The notes below the pieces were generated by a model. That model was not told where the DNA came from, made no database searches, and saw only the letters and a list, made by a program, of their open reading frames with translations. The translations under genes and the position numbers were made by a program. This document shows positions 60,502 to 64,000 of a stretch of 64,000 nucleotides of DNA, piece by piece; the stretch's first letter is position 1; every line of letters begins with the position of its first letter. Origin of the DNA: Thermoplasmata archaeon. Its GTDB lineage: Archaea; Thermoplasmatota; Thermoplasmata; UBA10834. The stretch is from contig JBFFML010000003.1 of the NCBI GenBank assembly GCA_041554135.1, positions 2,858 to 66,857 on the forward strand, written 5' to 3'.

Positions 60502-61791
60502 ATGGGCTACACTGGCCGCGTCGGCCGGCTGCTGGAAGACGCCGCCGCGGGCGTAGGGGACGAGATAGAGGTCGTCCAGGGGCGGAGGGTTCACAGAGGC
60601 ACGCTGATGCCCCATCACGACTTCAGCGACCCTGCGATAGTGACGGTGAAGCTGTCAAGCGGCTACAACGTGGGCCTCTTACTCGATGATGAGTCGAAGG
60701 TGAAGGTCGTGAGCAAGAAGCAGACGAGGGATTCGATACGCCGCAGCCTGCCTAGCGATGACTCGAAGAAGGACGTGGCGTTCCTGGGGACCGGTGGAAC
60801 GATCGCCTCGTACGTCGACTACCGCACTGGAGCGGTCCACCCGGCCAAATCGGCGGAGGAACTGGCGTTCTCCGTGCCTGAGCTCATGGACCTGTGCAAC
60901 GTCAGGGCGCGGGTGCTGTACTCGATATACAGCGAGAACATGGAGGTGGCTCACTGGCAGGCGCTGGCCAAGGCCGCTGCGGACGAGCTCAACTCAGGCG
61001 CTTCCGGCGTCATAATCCCGCATGGCACGGACACGATGGGTTTCACCTCGGCGGCGCTGTCGTTCATGCTCAGATGCCTGTCAGGCCCCGTCGTGTGCGT
61101 GGGCTCCCAGCGCTCCTCGGACCGCCCGTCGTCGGACGCGACGATGAACCTGCTCGCGGCGACGAGGCTGTGCGTGTCGTCCGACCTCGGGGAGGTCGTC
61201 GTCGTGATGCACGGGGACATCTCGGACACATACTGCGTCGCCCATCGCGGCGTGAAGGTGCGCAAGATGCACTCTTCTCGGCGCGACGCGTTCAGGAGCG
61301 TCAACTCGGAGCCGTTGGCGCGAATCGAGGGCGAGGATGTGTCGTTCACGTCCGACCACGCCAGAAGGTCGGCCGGCCCGGTGGAGGTGATGGACAAGAT
61401 GAACAAGCGGGTCAGCATGTTGCACTTCTACCCTGGCTTCGAGCCTGAGCACTTCGAGATGATATCCGGGAAGGTCGACGGCCTCATCATCGCCGGCACC
61501 GGCCTGGGCCATGTCTCGGAGAAGCTCATCGAGCCGATCCGAAAGGCGGTGAGCGACGGCGTGTTCGTGGGCATCACTACACAGTGCCTACAGGGCGCGG
61601 TGAACCTGAACGTCTATTCGACAGGTCGGGACATGACCTCCGCCGGGGCTTTGCCGTTGGGGGACATGCTCCCCGAGACCGCCTATGTGAAGCTCATGTG
61701 GGTCCTGGGACAGACGACGAACCAGGAGGAGGTCAGGAAGCTCATGCTGAAGGACCTCGCGGGCGAGATGGCCGCGAGGAGGGGTGTGTGA
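60502..61791 (+). CDS. gatD: Glu-tRNA(Gln) amidotransferase subunit D
   Basis: VKLSSGYNVG, TGGTIASYVDYRTG, HGTDTM, GSQRSSDRPSSD. Confidence 0.95.
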   Translation: MGYTGRVGRLLEDAAAGVGDEIEVVQGRRVHRGTLMPHHDFSDPAIVTVKLSSGYNVGLLLDDESKVKVVSKKQTRDSIRRSLPSDDSKKDVAFLGTGGTIASYVDYRTGAVHPAKSAEELAFSVPELMDLCNVRARVLYSIYSENMEVAHWQALAKAAADELNSGASGVIIPHGTDTMGFTSAALSFMLRCLSGPVVCVGSQRSSDRPSSDATMNLLAATRLCVSSDLGEVVVVMHGDISDTYCVAHRGVKVRKMHSSRRDAFRSVNSEPLARIEGEDVSFTSDHARRSAGPVEVMDKMNKRVSMLHFYPGFEPEHFEMISGKVDGLIIAGTGLGHVSEKLIEPIRKAVSDGVFVGITTQCLQGAVNLNVYSTGRDMTSAGALPLGDMLPETAYVKLMWVLGQTTNQEEVRKLMLKDLAGEMAARRGV

Positions 61792-63667
61792 TTTGGACTA
61801 CAGGGACCTCGGCCTGAAAGTGGGCATAGAGATCCACCAACAGCTCAGCACCGGCAAGTTCTTCTGCGCGTGCGAGTCGGAGCTCGTCGAGGAGTACGAC
61901 CACGAGTTCGTGCGCCGGCTCAGGCCAACCCAGAGCGAGATGGGGGAGATCGACAGGGCGGCTCTGGAGGAGTCGGAGAGGAAGCTGCAGTTCCGGTATC
62001 AGACGGTCGGATGCTCCTGCCTGGTCGAGGCGGACGAGGAGCCGCCGCACGACGCGAACAGGCTCGCCATCGAGACAGCGCTCGAGATGTCCTACGTGCT
62101 CGGTGCCACCCCGGTCGACGAGATACACTTCATGCGGAAGATAGTCATAGACGGCTCGAACACCACGGGGTTCCAGAGGACGACGCTGGTCGCGACGGAC
62201 GGACACCTCGACCTGGATGGCAGGCGCATAACGATAACCGCGATAAGCCTGGAGGAGGACGCGGCGAGGAAGATGTCGGAGTCAGGCCGCGAGGTGGTCT
62301 ACCGCCTCGACCGCCTCGGCATACCGCTGGTGGAGATTGCCACAGGTCCGGAGATATCCACGCCCGACGAGGCCAAGCGCGTCGCGGCGAGGCTCGGATC
62401 CCTGCTCAGGGCCACGCGGAAAGTCAGGAGAGGCATAGGGACGATAAGGGAGGACCTCAACATATCGATCAGCGGCGGCGCGAGGGTCGAGGTGAAAGGC
62501 GTGCAGGAGCTGAAGCTCCTGCCAGTATACGTGGAGAAGGAGGTCCGCAGGCAGCTTGCGCTGCTCGAAATCAAGGACCTGCTGCGCGGGAGAGGGGCGA
62601 GCAGGATGACGTGCAAGGTCGAGGACGCGTCAGGCGCACTCGCAGAATCCAAGTGCAAGGTCGTCTTGTCCGCGCTGAGGTCGGGCGGAGGCGTGTTCGC
62701 GGCGAAGCTCCCCAAGTACGCCGGGACGTTGGCGAGAACCGAGGACGGCATACCCCGGCTGGGAGCCGAGCTCGCGGCGCACGCCCGCGTGTCGGGCGTC
62801 AGGGGGCTGTTCCACTCCGACGAGCTGCCTGCGTACGGCATCACGGAGGAGGAGAAGGCCGCGGTCGCCGCCAGCTTGTGTCTGGACGACGAGGACGCGT
62901 TCATACTCATAGCCGACGACAGGGCTCGCGCGGAGGCCGCGATGGAGCGGGCGTTCGACAGGGCCAATGCGGCGCTCGACGGCGTTCCCGAGGAGACCAG
63001 AGCGCCGCTCCCGGACGGCTCGACGGTTTACAGCAGGCCACTTCCGGGCAAGGCTAGGATGTATCCAGAGACGGATGTGCGGCCCATAAGGGTCAGCGAG
63101 CAGTTGTTGGAGGCCATCAGGCTCAACCTTCCGGAGCTGCCTGAGGAGAAGGTGGACAGGTTCGTCAGGGAGTTCGGCCTGAGCAAGGATCAGGCCGAGT
63201 CGCTGATCGACGACGCCCTGGATGACGAGTTCGAGCTGCTCGCGGGCTCCCTGGGCAGCCCGCAGGTGGTCGCGAGGATATTCCTTCAGCTGTTGCCGGA
63301 GATCGCGAAGCAGGGGCGGGACGTATCGTCCATCGACCTCGAGACGCTGAGGGCCGTGCTAGAGCATCTGAGGGACGGTTCGTTCGCGAAGGAGGCCATC
63401 CCCGACCTGCTGTCCTGGATGATAGACAACGATGTCAACGACGTGGGTAAGGCGCTCGAGGCGACGGGCCTCGAGACGGTCGACGTCGACATGGTCAGGG
63501 AGGTCTGCGACCGAGTCGTCAAGGACCGCGAGGATTTCATACGCGAGCGAGGAGACGCGAGCCTCGGCCCGCTCATGGGTCTCGTGATGAAGGAGCTCAG
63601 AGGCAAGGTCGACGGGAAGGTCATCAGCGCGGTCTTGAGCGAGAAGATAAGACAGCTCCTGCCTTGA
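61784..63667 (+). CDS. gatE: Glu-tRNA(Gln) amidotransferase subunit E
   Basis: GIEIHQQL, RKIVIDGSNTTGFQRT, RMYPETDV, MGLVMKELRGKVDG. Confidence 0.95.
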   Translation: MCDLDYRDLGLKVGIEIHQQLSTGKFFCACESELVEEYDHEFVRRLRPTQSEMGEIDRAALEESERKLQFRYQTVGCSCLVEADEEPPHDANRLAIETALEMSYVLGATPVDEIHFMRKIVIDGSNTTGFQRTTLVATDGHLDLDGRRITITAISLEEDAARKMSESGREVVYRLDRLGIPLVEIATGPEISTPDEAKRVAARLGSLLRATRKVRRGIGTIREDLNISISGGARVEVKGVQELKLLPVYVEKEVRRQLALLEIKDLLRGRGASRMTCKVEDASGALAESKCKVVLSALRSGGGVFAAKLPKYAGTLARTEDGIPRLGAELAAHARVSGVRGLFHSDELPAYGITEEEKAAVAASLCLDDEDAFILIADDRARAEAAMERAFDRANAALDGVPEETRAPLPDGSTVYSRPLPGKARMYPETDVRPIRVSEQLLEAIRLNLPELPEEKVDRFVREFGLSKDQAESLIDDALDDEFELLAGSLGSPQVVARIFLQLLPEIAKQGRDVSSIDLETLRAVLEHLRDGSFAKEAIPDLLSWMIDNDVNDVGKALEATGLETVDVDMVREVCDRVVKDREDFIRERGDASLGPLMGLVMKELRGKVDGKVISAVLSEKIRQLLP

Positions 63668-63812
63668 CGTCCTTTCTCTCGAGCATGGTCAGGAAGTCCT
63701 TGCAGTACTCGATGGCCGCTCCGGCGTCGTTGTCCCTGCAGGCGAGGAACTTCCTGCAGAGCTCGTCAAGGCTGTCCTCATCGTTGTACTTCCTCTTCCT
63801 GTGTTCGGCCAT
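63624..63812 (-). CDS. Small hypothetical protein
   Basis: MAEHRKRKYNDEDSLDELCRKF...; TATA-like TTTTATAAAT upstream; overlaps the gatE end. Confidence 0.5.
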   Translation of the reverse strand: MAEHRKRKYNDEDSLDELCRKFLACRDNDAGAAIEYCKDFLTMLERKDVKAGAVLSSRSRPR

Positions 63813-63870
63813 GGCCGTCAACTCTGGCAGGGTTCGGAGATGGCCAATCTCCATTTATAAAACTTATGAC

Positions 63871-63999
63871 CTACTTATCACCGGCCAGGTTCTTCAGCTC
63901 GAATCTATACGCGAATATAGATTCGAAATACAAGTGCTTCTCCTCCAGCATGGTCCACGTGTAGAGCTCGCGGGCTGGCCGGAGCAGCGACCTGAGGCC
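63871..63999 (-). CDS. 3' end of a CDS running off the window (possibly HemK-like methyltransferase tail)
   Basis: ...GLRSLLRPARELYTWTMLEEKHLYFESIFAYRFELKNLAGDK*. Confidence 0.45.
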   Translation of the reverse strand, partial: GLRSLLRPARELYTWTMLEEKHLYFESIFAYRFELKNLAGDK

Positions 64000-64000
64000 C

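Noticed and set aside
63899..63926. 11-bp inverted repeat TCGAATCTATA/TATAGATTCGA
   Set aside because: Single occurrence inside a probable CDS with no supporting context.

Overview
GC-rich archaeal chromosome segment. Gene content (fused rpoB, extended Spt5 and RpoA'', very large AglB, AsnRS plus GatDE) fits Thermoplasmatota/Thermoplasmata; this assignment is inferred. It is mostly housekeeping: the RNA polymerase operon (rpoH-B-A'-A''-L30e-nusA), ftsZ-ftsZ-secE-spt5-L11 and L1-L10-L12, TBP, Cdc6/Orc1, PriL, GatDE, PurD, PyrF, tRNA-modification enzymes, peptidases, and a tandem-RHH (CdrS-like)-ftsZ2 pair. The left ~2.6 kb looks like the edge of a decayed island integrated at tRNA-Gly(CCC). 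Most notable: (1) a full-length IleRS2-like gene whose class I catalytic motifs are both degenerate (HMGE for HIGH, KMGAG for KMSKS) while editing-site residues are largely kept; (2) a tRNA-Lys(UUU) with two non-canonical BHB introns (D-loop and T-loop); (3) a ~2200-aa AglB with a long beta-sandwich stalk and second membrane anchor, translationally coupled to a CARDB membrane protein; (4) three ftsZ genes; (5) extra domains on Spt5, RpoB and RpoA''; (6) a uL1 autoregulatory hairpin behind an inverted oxidoreductase that splits the L11-L1 operon. No CRISPR array or rRNA was seen. All calls are by eye; no database searches were run.
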